In this document: positions 52,295 through 62,074 of the stretch, piece after piece
How the letters are laid out: the number at the start of each line of letters is the position of its first letter
Position numbering within the stretch: position 1 is the first letter of the stretch
Source: Candidatus Bathyarchaeota archaeon
GTDB taxonomy: Archaea > Thermoproteota > Bathyarchaeia > Bathyarchaeales > Bathycorpusculaceae
DNA length: 64,000 nucleotides
NCBI GenBank assembly: GCA_963828195.1
Contig: CAWHDT010000003.1
Span: 224,001 to 288,000 of the forward strand
Direction of reading: 5' to 3'
Translations under genes and position numbers: made by a program
The notes under the pieces: model-generated
Seen by the model: only the letters and a program-made list of their open reading frames with translations
The model's database searches: none
What the model was told of the DNA's origin: nothing

Positions 52295-52710
52295 ACGGTT
52301 ACGATTGTGGTTTTGAGGATTTTTACGCCTCTTCTTGTGGTTAATTCGTCGCTTAGATGGTGGATTTCTGAGGCTTTGCCTTTAACGGCGATGGCTTCGA
52401 GGCAGTCTTTTTCGCTGATGTGGATGTGCATGGTTGACGTGATTATTTTTGAGTGTTCATGCTGTGTCTCGGTTAGTTCGCTGTCTAGGCCTTTTGCGTC
52501 GTGGTCGTAGACCATAAGTATTATGCCTGTTTGGATGGTGTCTGCTTCTTTGAGCCATTTGCGGTCGGAAACGAACAGTCTGACTGCGTCCTGGATGGCT
52601 TTGCTGCGGCTCTCGTAGCCCATTTTGCTTGTGATTTCGTCGAAGTCTTTGAGGAGTTCAGGCGGGAACGTTACGCCTATGCGGGTGACTTTTGACATGG
52701 ATGTCTCCAA
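52291..52710 (-). CDS. nikR: Nickel-responsive regulator NikR
   Basis: RHH N-terminus (RIGVT...SRSKAIQDA), YDH, QH, HIH and CLE. Confidence 0.93.
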   Translation of the reverse strand: METSMSKVTRIGVTFPPELLKDFDEITSKMGYESRSKAIQDAVRLFVSDRKWLKEADTIQTGIILMVYDHDAKGLDSELTETQHEHSKIITSTMHIHISEKDCLEAIAVKGKASEIHHLSDELTTRRGVKILKTTIVTV

Positions 52711-52749
52711 GGACTGTTGGTGTTTTGTGCCTAAAAACTTTTATATTTT

Positions 52750-52779
52750 AGTAACACGTTTCTTCAATTAAGTGTTACT
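52750..52779. promoter_or_regulatory. NikR operator
   Basis: AGTAACAC-N14-GTGTTACT palindrome (GTAACA-N16-TGTTAC, NikR spacing) between the TATA box and the NiCoT start. Confidence 0.85.
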
Positions 52780-52792
52780 GGAGACATTCTGA

Positions 52793-53887
52793 GTGACTCA
52801 AGAAACTGAAAAATGCGACAGATTAGGCTTAACATTCAAAGACAAAATAAAAATAGGCAGCATCTACGCCGTTTTAGCCATCTTAACAGTTGTTTTAATG
52901 CTAACAGCAATAATGATCGGGTACAAATACGCCGTTCTAGCTGGGGTAGGTCTTGTTTCTTATTTGCTTGGGCTGCGGCATGCAGTCAACGCTGACCACA
53001 TCGCGGCAATCGACAACACCACCCGAAAACTATTGCAGCAAAACAAACGCCCCGTGACAGTGGGCATGTGGTTCTCACTTGGCCACTCAACCGTCGTGGT
53101 AGCGTTAACGGTTGCTTTAGTGCTTGCAACCCGAGCGGTTGTAAACGCGGTCCCGACGTTCGAAAGCGGAGGCGCCATAATTGGCACCGTGATTAGCGGA
53201 GTATTTCTATTCATCATTGGAATAGTCAACGTCCTCATTGTACTAGACGTGTACAAAACGTTCGCGGGCTTAAGAGACGGCAAGCTCACTGCAGCCCAGC
53301 TGGATGATGCCCTAAACAAAAATAGTTTCATGAGTAAAACTTTTGGAAAATTATTTAAAATTGTTAACGAGCCTTGGCAGATATATCCAGTGGGTGTTCT
53401 GTTCGGGTTAGGCTTTGATACAGCAACTCAGATTGCTCTGATCGCCATAACCATCGGTGTCAGCGGAAGCATACCCTTGTGGTATGTTCTTGTGCTGCCG
53501 CTTCTATTCACTGTAGGCATGGTTACAATTGACACTTCAGACGGCATTTCCATGCGGTGCGCGTACGGCTGGGCGTTCCTAAAGCCTATAAGAAAAATCT
53601 ACTACAACCTTACAATCACCATAATTTCCGTTTTAGTAGCATTCGCCATCGGAGGAATTGAGTTAATTCAAGTATTTGCGAGTGAACTTGGTTGGACAAG
53701 TGGCTTCTGGGGTTTCCTATCCACTCTTGATTTTGAAACCATGGGGTACGCAATTATAGCGATTTTCCTTGTTTCCTGGCTCGTCGCCATGGCTTACTAC
53801 CGATACAAAGGATACGAAAAAACCAGTTTCCCACCAAAAACGACCACTTGCCCCAGCGACGCCGCAGCCAAAGACATAGCCGTTTAA
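52793..53887 (+). CDS. HoxN/NixA (NiCoT) nickel/cobalt permease
   Basis: RHAVNADHIAAID, FSLGHSTVV, GLGFDTAT; divergent from nikR. Confidence 0.95.
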   Translation: MTQETEKCDRLGLTFKDKIKIGSIYAVLAILTVVLMLTAIMIGYKYAVLAGVGLVSYLLGLRHAVNADHIAAIDNTTRKLLQQNKRPVTVGMWFSLGHSTVVVALTVALVLATRAVVNAVPTFESGGAIIGTVISGVFLFIIGIVNVLIVLDVYKTFAGLRDGKLTAAQLDDALNKNSFMSKTFGKLFKIVNEPWQIYPVGVLFGLGFDTATQIALIAITIGVSGSIPLWYVLVLPLLFTVGMVTIDTSDGISMRCAYGWAFLKPIRKIYYNLTITIISVLVAFAIGGIELIQVFASELGWTSGFWGFLSTLDFETMGYAIIAIFLVSWLVAMAYYRYKGYEKTSFPPKTTTCPSDAAAKDIAV

Positions 53888-53962
53888 TTAACACTAACGT
53901 AAGCGAGGCAGAATTAGGGCAAAATTCAATAAACTCTAACACCTGCTAGAAAGCGAAGGAAA

Positions 53963-54400
53963 ATGCTTGAATCTAAAGAGTTCTCAGCAACAATTGAATT
54001 TGCCCGAAAGCTACACGGTCACGTGGGACCGTACTTGGTTATCGGCTTAAAGATGGGTGCTGCAGCCAAAAAAGCCCTAAGCATATCCGACACTGAACAC
54101 ATGCATCTGACCGCTGAAGCTGCTGTGCCCCTGCATCCGCCGTTTTCCTGCCTGCTGGACGGCATACAGGTCTCCACAACCTGCACAGTCGGCAACAGGA
54201 GACTCAAAATCAAGAGCTCAAAAAATATCCAAGCAACTTTCGGAAGCAAAAAGGACTCCAAGACAGTTAAAATTACTCTTGCCGATCACTTCAGTGAGCA
54301 ACTGCAGCAAAAACTAAAACAACACGCATTAAACGAAGCCTTCGCTTGGGAACTTGCGGATTTGCCTGAAAGCCAGCTATTCCACATTGCACTTGAGTAG
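53963..54400 (+). CDS. FmdE (formylmethanofuran dehydrogenase subunit E) family protein
   Basis: LHGHVGPYLVIG and CLLDGIQVSTTCTVGN. Confidence 0.92.
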   Translation: MLESKEFSATIEFARKLHGHVGPYLVIGLKMGAAAKKALSISDTEHMHLTAEAAVPLHPPFSCLLDGIQVSTTCTVGNRRLKIKSSKNIQATFGSKKDSKTVKITLADHFSEQLQQKLKQHALNEAFAWELADLPESQLFHIALE

Positions 54401-54417
54401 TTCAAGCTTAATTTTTG

Positions 54418-55551
54418 TTAGAATGCCCACCAGCCCAGCGCAAAAAAGACGGTGAAAAAGCACATTAACGCGGCTGACGCAAGCACTATAGCTATGTTGA
54501 CGGCTTTTCGCTCTGTAAATAAGCCCATGAGCATGAACATTGGAAACATCGCCATCACGTAGCGGGGAACGCTGATCCACCATGACGTGGAAACGGCGAG
54601 TGCCCAGGTAAGGAACATATAAACTGTGTAGACTGGGCGCATGCGGCGCCAAATCGCTACTCCAACCATAGCCAACCCGAAAACTGCGAAGACCAGCGGC
54701 GCCAACCCGATAGTGAGGTTGTCTGGGTAAGAGGCGTTTCTCGCCCACCAGTAAGCAGCCTCTAAACCCGCCTTAGGATCCAGCCTGTTAAACCAGTGTG
54801 TCGCCTCCACCGTCAAGAACGTGAAGGGGTTTCCCGTGACCTGATAGTTTATGCCTAGATAAATTAGGAAACCAGCTAAAGCCAGAAATGGCCAGAGAAC
54901 TCTGAGGTCGGTTTTTTTGGGGTTCCAGCCTTTCTGATGAAAATACTCCACCAGAAGCACGGGCAAAAGCAGAACCCCCTCCAGACGAGTTAAGGCGGCG
55001 CCTAAGCTGATTAATCCTGCAAGTTGCCATTTTCCCAGCCGTGCATAGTAGATGCTGGCGATAACTAACGCGAAAAATAGCCCTTCCGTGTATGGGACTG
55101 ACAGAAAATAGGCTGTGGGGAAGACGCTGAGGAAAAGCACGGCTTTCATGGCGACGGTTTCGTTGAATTCAAGTTTTGCAAGCTTGTAGAGGTAGAAGAA
55201 GGCTACTAGGCTGCTGGCGTTTGAGATTACTAGTGCGGAGAGGTTGATGTAGTTAAAGTCGTTGAAGGTGAATACACGGATGAGGATGGGGTATAGCGGA
55301 AAAAACACGATGAAGTTTGCTGCGTTGCCTGTGTTGACGTACCAGTTTTTTGCGATCGCTACGTAGTTGGAGGCGTCCCAGCGGTAAAACATGTTCATGA
55401 CAATTGTTAAAGGCGGGGCAGGTCCGCTGGTGAGAAGCGCTACTGCATAGCCAATTGTGAAAACCAGAATCTTCGCTAATACAACAAACAGAACTGCTAA
55501 TTTTGCTGAGCGAGGAACCTTTTGAATCAGGGCTTTAAAGTTGAGGTCCAC
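54418..55551 (-). CDS. PIG-V-like GT-C mannosyltransferase
   Basis: RWDASNY, FFPLYP, PYTEGLF, PRY; multiple TM helices. Confidence 0.88.
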   Translation of the reverse strand: MDLNFKALIQKVPRSAKLAVLFVVLAKILVFTIGYAVALLTSGPAPPLTIVMNMFYRWDASNYVAIAKNWYVNTGNAANFIVFFPLYPILIRVFTFNDFNYINLSALVISNASSLVAFFYLYKLAKLEFNETVAMKAVLFLSVFPTAYFLSVPYTEGLFFALVIASIYYARLGKWQLAGLISLGAALTRLEGVLLLPVLLVEYFHQKGWNPKKTDLRVLWPFLALAGFLIYLGINYQVTGNPFTFLTVEATHWFNRLDPKAGLEAAYWWARNASYPDNLTIGLAPLVFAVFGLAMVGVAIWRRMRPVYTVYMFLTWALAVSTSWWISVPRYVMAMFPMFMLMGLFTERKAVNIAIVLASAALMCFFTVFFALGWWAF

Positions 55552-55693
55552 GGCTTATTACCTTTTCGCGCTTTAACTTCTTATTCTTGGCAAACCAAAT
55601 AATAAAGGCACAGATTTTTTGTGCAGATTTTCACGAACGATTTATATCAAACAAAACTTAGACTTATATTAGCATTAAAGGAGTTAAAAACAA

Positions 55694-56020
55694 ATGAGTA
55701 TTGAACCTTTCCACGTAACAGACGCAAACTTTGAAGAAACCCTCAAGAAGAACAAACTGGTTTTTGTGGATTTCTGGGCTAATTGGTGTGGACCCTGCCG
55801 AGCTTTGGCCCCAACGGTTGTGGAACTATCAAAAGAGTACAGTGGCAAAATCTTAATCGGCAAACTTGATGTAGACGAGAACCCCGCGACGGCTGAGCGC
55901 TTCCAAGTTTTCAGCATACCCACCATGATAATTTTCAAAGACGGCACAGAAGCGGAAAGACTCGTTGGCTTATGCCCGAAAAATAAAATCGCGGAAACTC
56001 TAAAGAAACATTCAGAGTAG
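55694..56020 (+). CDS. trxA: Thioredoxin
   Basis: WCGPC active site and IPT. Confidence 0.97.
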   Translation: MSIEPFHVTDANFEETLKKNKLVFVDFWANWCGPCRALAPTVVELSKEYSGKILIGKLDVDENPATAERFQVFSIPTMIIFKDGTEAERLVGLCPKNKIAETLKKHSE

Positions 56021-56021
56021 C

Positions 56022-56666
56022 TTAAGCGCTTTTCATTTTTTCATACATTTTCTCAAAAGTCCAGCGGATGCTCGACTTAAGCTCTTTAAGCCGTTCCTCA
56101 TCTACATTTTTGATTATTATTTCGCGTATCAAGTCGCCCTCACGCACAATGTTGTAGGAGAACATTTTATCCGCCGCCAACTGCTTTGCCTTAACTAACT
56201 CGACGTCTTTCTCCTGCATTTTAGCGAAGACTTTTTCAACAAGAAAATTGGTGAAAGGCGGCGTGTTTACGCTGAAGTTTTTGCTTTCATCAGGCATCAC
56301 ATGCATGCCCTGTTTGTCAAAAATGATGAGCGCCAACGGTTCATCAGCCATGGTTTTGAGGGGGATGACGCTTTCCTGCTCGGGCATATGCTGCGTAGCA
56401 GGTTTGGGTGTTTCAGGCGGGTATTGAATGACAACTTTTTGGGGTTCAGGCTCAGCTTTTGGCAAAACCACCTCTTTAGGCACGGAAGCCTCAGAGATTT
56501 CTTTGATGTCCCCGCGCCTGAAGCCTTTGTCAAGCAAAATAGCGTTAACTGTGTCTAATGCAGCTTGGATCTCTTTGGATTCAGCGGTTAATTTTTCCAG
56601 CTGCTCTTCCATCCGCTTCTTAAATGCGATAAGGGACTTAATTTTTTCTTGGTCTTGAGCCAACAT
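56022..56666 (-). CDS. Hypothetical protein with N-terminal coiled coil
   Basis: 214 aa ORF with a GGCGTGA SD-like sequence; coiled coil, Pro-rich linker, globular C-terminus. Confidence 0.8.
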   Translation of the reverse strand: MLAQDQEKIKSLIAFKKRMEEQLEKLTAESKEIQAALDTVNAILLDKGFRRGDIKEISEASVPKEVVLPKAEPEPQKVVIQYPPETPKPATQHMPEQESVIPLKTMADEPLALIIFDKQGMHVMPDESKNFSVNTPPFTNFLVEKVFAKMQEKDVELVKAKQLAADKMFSYNIVREGDLIREIIIKNVDEERLKELKSSIRWTFEKMYEKMKSA

Positions 56667-56759
56667 GATTCACGCCCGCCTAACTATTTAGCGCTTTATG
56701 CTTATCAGTTTTAGCTTTTCCGTTTAAGCTTAACTCTTCGCAAGCAACTTCTTTGGAGC

Positions 56760-57380
56760 TTAAGCTGGCGGGGTACCGAAGACGTCAAGGTTGAGTTCGT
56801 AATGGTTGATGTTTCTGTTGGCGGTTGACATCCAGATTTCGACAGAACCCGTTTCCCCACTGTTTAGGCCAATATACGCGGTAAGAAACGGACCCACAAA
56901 CGGGTTCGTGGGGCTAACATCGTTTGCTTTGATAGTGCTATTTTGGGTATAGAGGGTTGCAGTCAGAAAAATATAGGCGTAACTGTCTTGGGATAGCGGC
57001 AGAGGATTTTCTGGGCTGTAATCGTTTCTTAATGTGGCGTTTACTATGAAAATCGGGTCGCCTTTGCTGATTTCGTTGCCCCCGGCAGGGTTAGGCGACT
57101 TGATAGTCTGGTTAGCGTACCCGTAATAAGTGGTTGCGGATACCAAAAAGATTCTTGTTGCTGACTCAAAAACTGTTCCCGCACCTGTATTTGAGATGGT
57201 TTGATAAACATATCCTGGCAGATACTGGGGGCTTAACTGCTCCACATTGGTTGCTGGCGCAGGCGGGGTAGTGTGAGGTGGCTCCAGTTTACTCTGCAAA
57301 ATGGGAAACCAGAATATTCCGCTAACTGCAATCGCTGCAATCAAGACAACCGCTGCGATTATTTTTTGATTTTTATTCAT
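56760..57380 (-). CDS. Membrane-anchored extracellular protein
   Basis: N-terminal TM, Pro linker, beta-rich domain. Confidence 0.8.
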   Translation of the reverse strand: MNKNQKIIAAVVLIAAIAVSGIFWFPILQSKLEPPHTTPPAPATNVEQLSPQYLPGYVYQTISNTGAGTVFESATRIFLVSATTYYGYANQTIKSPNPAGGNEISKGDPIFIVNATLRNDYSPENPLPLSQDSYAYIFLTATLYTQNSTIKANDVSPTNPFVGPFLTAYIGLNSGETGSVEIWMSTANRNINHYELNLDVFGTPPA

Positions 57381-57619
57381 GCAATCACAGCTGTCTTGGA
57401 AAGAGTGTTTAGACGTCTTATTATTTAATTCTAAGCTTTAGAACACGAATTTGCCGGTTAAGTTGCTGAAGGAAGACTTCTTTCAAACTGAAACTTGCTA
57501 TGGCCTTAAAGACGTATGGACGGTTGACCAATCCATAGCTAAAGATTGTTCAGGCATGTTGCTAAACCCTTGTTTGCATCAAACAATTTTTAAACAACAT
57601 AAGATACAATAACCATGAA

Positions 57620-57916
57620 ATGAAATCTCTTGAACAGGTAAAATCGCAGATAGAAGCCCTTAAACCGGTACTTCAAGAACGCTTCAACGTTAAAACCATA
57701 GAAATCTTCGGCTCCTACGCACGAAACGAGGCGTCAGAGAAAAGTGACATTGACCTTCTTATAACTTATTTAACGAATGACTACGACCATTCTGTTGTGT
57801 TCGCGTTGAAAAGTTACCTTAGGAGAAAACTCGGTCTCAAAGTAGATGTTATATCAAAAGAATTTCTTAATCCCAATATAAAAGATCAGGTACTGAAAGA
57901 AGCCGTCATGGTATGA
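57620..57916 (+). CDS. MNT minimal nucleotidyltransferase antitoxin
   Basis: FGSYARNE...SDIDL (GSX10DXD). Confidence 0.93.
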   Translation: MKSLEQVKSQIEALKPVLQERFNVKTIEIFGSYARNEASEKSDIDLLITYLTNDYDHSVVFALKSYLRRKLGLKVDVISKEFLNPNIKDQVLKEAVMV

Positions 57917-58278
57917 GTAAAACCGCTGTAAGAGACCCTAAATTATACGTCAAAGAAATAATTGAGCATACGGGGTACATCGAAGAATATACCCGAGGTT
58001 TTACATATGAAGGATTCATCAAAGATAGAAAAACCATTGATGCGGTAGATAAAAACTTGGAAATAATCGGAGAAGCGATGAACAAACTATCAAAAACAAA
58101 GGACATACGAGCCAAACTGTATTATTATCGTATAAACTGGAAAATGTTAAAAGATTTACGCAATAGCCTTAGCCATGAATATTTTAGCCGAGACATAACT
58201 GACATTTGGAGAACGGCAACTTCCGTGTTACCTGCCCTAAAGCCTCAATTTCAAAAGCTTTTAGAAGATCTGAAATAA
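57913..58278 (+). CDS. HEPN (DUF86) ribonuclease toxin
   Basis: EIIGEA and RNSLSHEY (RX4HXY); ATGA overlap with the MNT gene. Confidence 0.93.
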   Translation: MSKTAVRDPKLYVKEIIEHTGYIEEYTRGFTYEGFIKDRKTIDAVDKNLEIIGEAMNKLSKTKDIRAKLYYYRINWKMLKDLRNSLSHEYFSRDITDIWRTATSVLPALKPQFQKLLEDLK

Positions 58279-58314
58279 AATAAAACTGGGTTAACACTTA
58301 TTCTTGTATCCTAT

Positions 58315-60087
58315 CTACGCCTGCGGTGCCTCGCTGATTTTCTTTAGCTGTGCACGATACATCTCAACAATCTCTTTAGAGGTAGTGGCGTCTTCGGGAG
58401 CTTTGTCGGTTCGGTATTTGCCCGTGAAACGTGGAAAACGAATCGCCAAGCCCGCGCCCTTGCGTATTGAATCCATGGCGCACATATGAATGGGGCTCAG
58501 GGTGACTTCGGCGCCTAAAATCTCAAGCACCAAGTTTGGTTCAAACCACACGTCTGCCTCCAGCATCGATTGGACGCGGGAGTTTTTGCGGGGGATTACA
58601 TGTTTCTGAAGCGTTTCATGCAGGGTTGCGAGGTCTTTGTCGGTGAAGCCTGTGCCGCACTTGGTGACGGTTTCAAAAGTGTCCTTCTCAGCGTTGTAGG
58701 TGGCCAGTAGCAATGCGCCGTATGCCCCTGCCCGTTTTCCTCTTCCATGAAAAGCGCCGACCACGACTAGGTCAACGGTGTCGGTCATTTCGCTTTTGTA
58801 GTCCCGCTTGTATTTTATCCATAGCCACCCGCGGCTTCCCGCCTGGTAAACTGATTCTTTGCTGATGGATTTGCACATTAAGCCTTCGCAGCCTTCCGCT
58901 ATGGCTTGCTCAAAGAAGTCCTCGAGCGCTTTTTGGTTGCTGACAACTTTTTGGATGGCGGGTGTCACTCGGTCGGTTTTTTTAATTATTTTTTCCAGTT
59001 CTTTTCGTCTCTGGGGTAAAGGTTCAAGGGTTAAGTCTCTGCCGTCAACGTAGAGCAGGTCAAAGGGGAAAAGCGAAATCGGGTACTGCTCAATCGCTGC
59101 TTCTACGCCGTATTTGCGTCGGCGATGCATCAGCTCTTGGAAAGGACGCATATCGCCTGTTTCCAGATCCATCGCCACGCATTCAGCCTCCAAAATCACT
59201 TCTTTCGCCGAGATTTTTTCTTTGATTAAATCCACTGCGTCAGGGTATTGGCTGGAAATGTTTTCTAAACGCCTGGAAAAAAGCACTACTTTGCCGTCTT
59301 TCTTGTGCGCCTGCACCCGTTCCCCGTCATACTTGTACTCTGCGGCGCATTTGCCGCCTAACTTCGCCAAAATCTCATCAGGAGAAGGCAACCGCTCAGC
59401 CAGCATCGGTCGAATCGGCTCAAAAACCACAACTTGAAACTTTTTTATTCCCTCCAACCCCTTCTCCACAACTACATCTGCGACTCTGCCCAGATCCGAA
59501 GAAATGCTGTAAGCGCGCTCAACAAGTTCCCGAGCTTCTTTTCCGCCGCCGTACGCTATCGCTAAGGCGTCGAGAACAGTCATGTCCGCGATGCCAAGCC
59601 TCAGGTTGCTTGTCACGATGCGGATTATCCATTTTGCCTCGTTTGGCGAAGCATCTGTTAGGAGGCTGCAGAGAAGCGCCATTTTGGTGTCCACAGCGCC
59701 GGAGCCTGAGGTTTTAGCCATCTTATCAAGCGTCTCATAAACGTGCTCAACCGTCAGCTTCTTCGTGAAGAACGTGGATTGTTTCCGTTTAGCCAAAAGT
59801 TTCTCGGATGTTTTGCCGATGTCCCCGCTACTCTGCAGCTCCGACAGAATAACGCTTTCGCTTTGTCCAGACGCTCGGGCTAACGCTTTTACAGCAAGTT
59901 TCTCGGCGATACCCATCTCCACACCCACGAAATCAGGGTACAATTTGCCCTGCGTCAAATAAACCACTTTTGCAATGGCATCTTTAGGGGTTTTCTTAAG
60001 CAACTCAACAAGTAAATCCGTCATTTCTAACCGTTTGGTTGTTGCTTCAATTTTCTCATAAGCATCAGCGATAACAGCATAATCCAT
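58315..60087 (-). CDS. lig: ATP-dependent DNA ligase
   Basis: EYKYDGER, EGLMCK, WIKYK, RFPRF. Confidence 0.97.
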   Translation of the reverse strand: MDYAVIADAYEKIEATTKRLEMTDLLVELLKKTPKDAIAKVVYLTQGKLYPDFVGVEMGIAEKLAVKALARASGQSESVILSELQSSGDIGKTSEKLLAKRKQSTFFTKKLTVEHVYETLDKMAKTSGSGAVDTKMALLCSLLTDASPNEAKWIIRIVTSNLRLGIADMTVLDALAIAYGGGKEARELVERAYSISSDLGRVADVVVEKGLEGIKKFQVVVFEPIRPMLAERLPSPDEILAKLGGKCAAEYKYDGERVQAHKKDGKVVLFSRRLENISSQYPDAVDLIKEKISAKEVILEAECVAMDLETGDMRPFQELMHRRRKYGVEAAIEQYPISLFPFDLLYVDGRDLTLEPLPQRRKELEKIIKKTDRVTPAIQKVVSNQKALEDFFEQAIAEGCEGLMCKSISKESVYQAGSRGWLWIKYKRDYKSEMTDTVDLVVVGAFHGRGKRAGAYGALLLATYNAEKDTFETVTKCGTGFTDKDLATLHETLQKHVIPRKNSRVQSMLEADVWFEPNLVLEILGAEVTLSPIHMCAMDSIRKGAGLAIRFPRFTGKYRTDKAPEDATTSKEIVEMYRAQLKKISEAPQA

Positions 60088-60191
60088 AATTTCCGCTCAA
60101 AATAATAGATAATAAATGTCTTATTAAAATTAATCAAGCGTAGATTTACCAGAGCAGCATTGTTGTCAGAGTACAGTTTTTAGAAAAAGGT

Positions 60192-61805
60192 TTAGCCGGG
60201 AGCAGGAGAATTTACTTTTCTCTTGCGAGCAAGAACTAACACCGCAATTACCAATGCTATTATGATACCTATTGACGTTAGCAAAGCTATTTGTGTCCAG
60301 TTTAAGCTTAGCTGATTTTTAGTTTGTGTGACGACTTGATTTGGGGTTGCTGAGGGGCTTTGTGGAGACGGCGAAGGTGTATAATATGTGTATGATGGGG
60401 AAGTTGTTGGCTGGGGTGTGGGTTGTGGTGTTGGCAAGGCGATAGATGTTGGTAGGGGAGCGGTTAGGTCAGGCATTGCCTGTGTGTTCGGGGCTGTTAA
60501 GAAGGGAACGAATGTGACTGTGCCTAAATTGTAGTTGTCTTTGGAGTCATGGATTGTTTGGTTGATTGCTTGCTGGTCAATTGTTCCCCACCAGTTGTAT
60601 GAAGCATTGATGTCGCCGCCACTTTGTAAGTAAACGCTGTTCTGAGTGTTGTTTTCGATGTTGTTGTAGCTAAAATTTGTAGGCGGTTGATAAAGTCCCA
60701 CGCTATTGTTTGAAACTGTGTTATTCTGAAAAACCACGTTATTGTATTGAATCTGCATGCCATACTGGTTGTTGGTGATTAAATTATTTTCAATAAATAA
60801 GTTTGTCTCAACAGGCAAAACATTATTTATTTCATTAAAAATATTGCCGTTCTCAGTTGTCAAGATGCCGACCGTTGAACCAGAAATAATATTGTTCTCA
60901 ATCACACAATTACCGCCTCCTGAGGGAACAACAATTCCGTTGGTTCCACCTTCAATGGTATTACCGGAAATCGTGCCACTTCCTCCTGTAAGGATGATTC
61001 CGCCGGCAACGGAATTATCAAGGATGTCAGATCCACCGTAAATCCCCGTAGCAATGCTGTTGTTGGAAATTGTCGCCGAAGCTGGTATGCCCGTGGTTGA
61101 GGCAATTTGAACTCCATAATATATTTTGGAGTTCCCTTCGCCCTGAAATGCTGCACCATAAGTGTTACTGGTTGTTATTGTGTTGCCCGAAATAATTGGC
61201 GAGCCCCCTTGAACACTAATTACGCCAGTAATTAAATTCCCTGAAATTACAGGTGAGTCATAACCATTAATGAAAACGCTTCCGTTAATTGTGTTGTCTG
61301 AAATTAAAGGGGCGCTGCCGAATATTTCAATCCCCGATATGACATCATTCTCAAATTGCGGACTGCCGCCATAAACTTGCAGTCCAATTGTCGAAATAAT
61401 TGCGTTCTCAATAATTCCGCCAGAACCTGTTTCGTTTGAACTATCAATGGCATTTAGCACAAGTGACGCGTAAACAGAGGAGACTGCGTTGATGTAAATG
61501 GGATTATTGTTTGTTCCCTGAGCCATTAATGTGCCGTTTACCGTCAGACAATAAGTGCCGATGTTCACAGTTACGCCGGCATCAATCGTCAGGGTTACAC
61601 CTGTTGCCACGCCTACTGGTCCCGTGAGCGTGTAGGGGCTTCCCGCAAGGTTCCATGTGGTATCTTGGCTTATTATGTAGCTGGGAACGTTTGTGCCTGA
61701 ACCCTGCGCCTTGCACAAGTAAACATTGCTCACCGATGCAATTGAAAAGGTGATTAAAAATATCAAGAGAAAACTCAGTAGCCATAACTTACTCATTTTT
61801 CTCAT
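60192..61805 (-). CDS. Parallel beta-helix (pectin lyase-like) surface protein with TM anchor
   Basis: Signal peptide, GSPY, ISGNxI repeats, NWWGT, PT linker, TM and RKRK. Confidence 0.9.
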   Translation of the reverse strand: MRKMSKLWLLSFLLIFLITFSIASVSNVYLCKAQGSGTNVPSYIISQDTTWNLAGSPYTLTGPVGVATGVTLTIDAGVTVNIGTYCLTVNGTLMAQGTNNNPIYINAVSSVYASLVLNAIDSSNETGSGGIIENAIISTIGLQVYGGSPQFENDVISGIEIFGSAPLISDNTINGSVFINGYDSPVISGNLITGVISVQGGSPIISGNTITTSNTYGAAFQGEGNSKIYYGVQIASTTGIPASATISNNSIATGIYGGSDILDNSVAGGIILTGGSGTISGNTIEGGTNGIVVPSGGGNCVIENNIISGSTVGILTTENGNIFNEINNVLPVETNLFIENNLITNNQYGMQIQYNNVVFQNNTVSNNSVGLYQPPTNFSYNNIENNTQNSVYLQSGGDINASYNWWGTIDQQAINQTIHDSKDNYNLGTVTFVPFLTAPNTQAMPDLTAPLPTSIALPTPQPTPQPTTSPSYTYYTPSPSPQSPSATPNQVVTQTKNQLSLNWTQIALLTSIGIIIALVIAVLVLARKRKVNSPAPG

Positions 61806-61850
61806 CCCAACCTACAAGAAGTGATGGGCTTGCTCTCGTTTAATAAGTTT

Positions 61851-61896
61851 TCAGTTAAAATATTTTGACTGACCTTAGTCAACATTTCTTTACTAA
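61851..61896. promoter_or_regulatory. Two copies of the same 22-bp palindrome as at 48235
   Basis: TCAGTTAAA-ATAT-TTTGACTGA (61851-61872) and TTAGTCAAC-ATTT-CTTTACTAA (61875-61896). Confidence 0.6.
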
Positions 61897-62074
61897 CTTA
61901 AGATTGAGAATATAAGTCTCCAATCAGGAAAATGAAAATTTATAAATTTAAAAATCGCTAATTGATGTATTCTAACTGTTTAGAGTTGCTTCAATTTTCT
62001 CGTACGACTCAGCGATTACGGCGTAATCCATGTTTTCCACTCAAAAGAAATACTGATTGTGGAAGTTATTAAAA

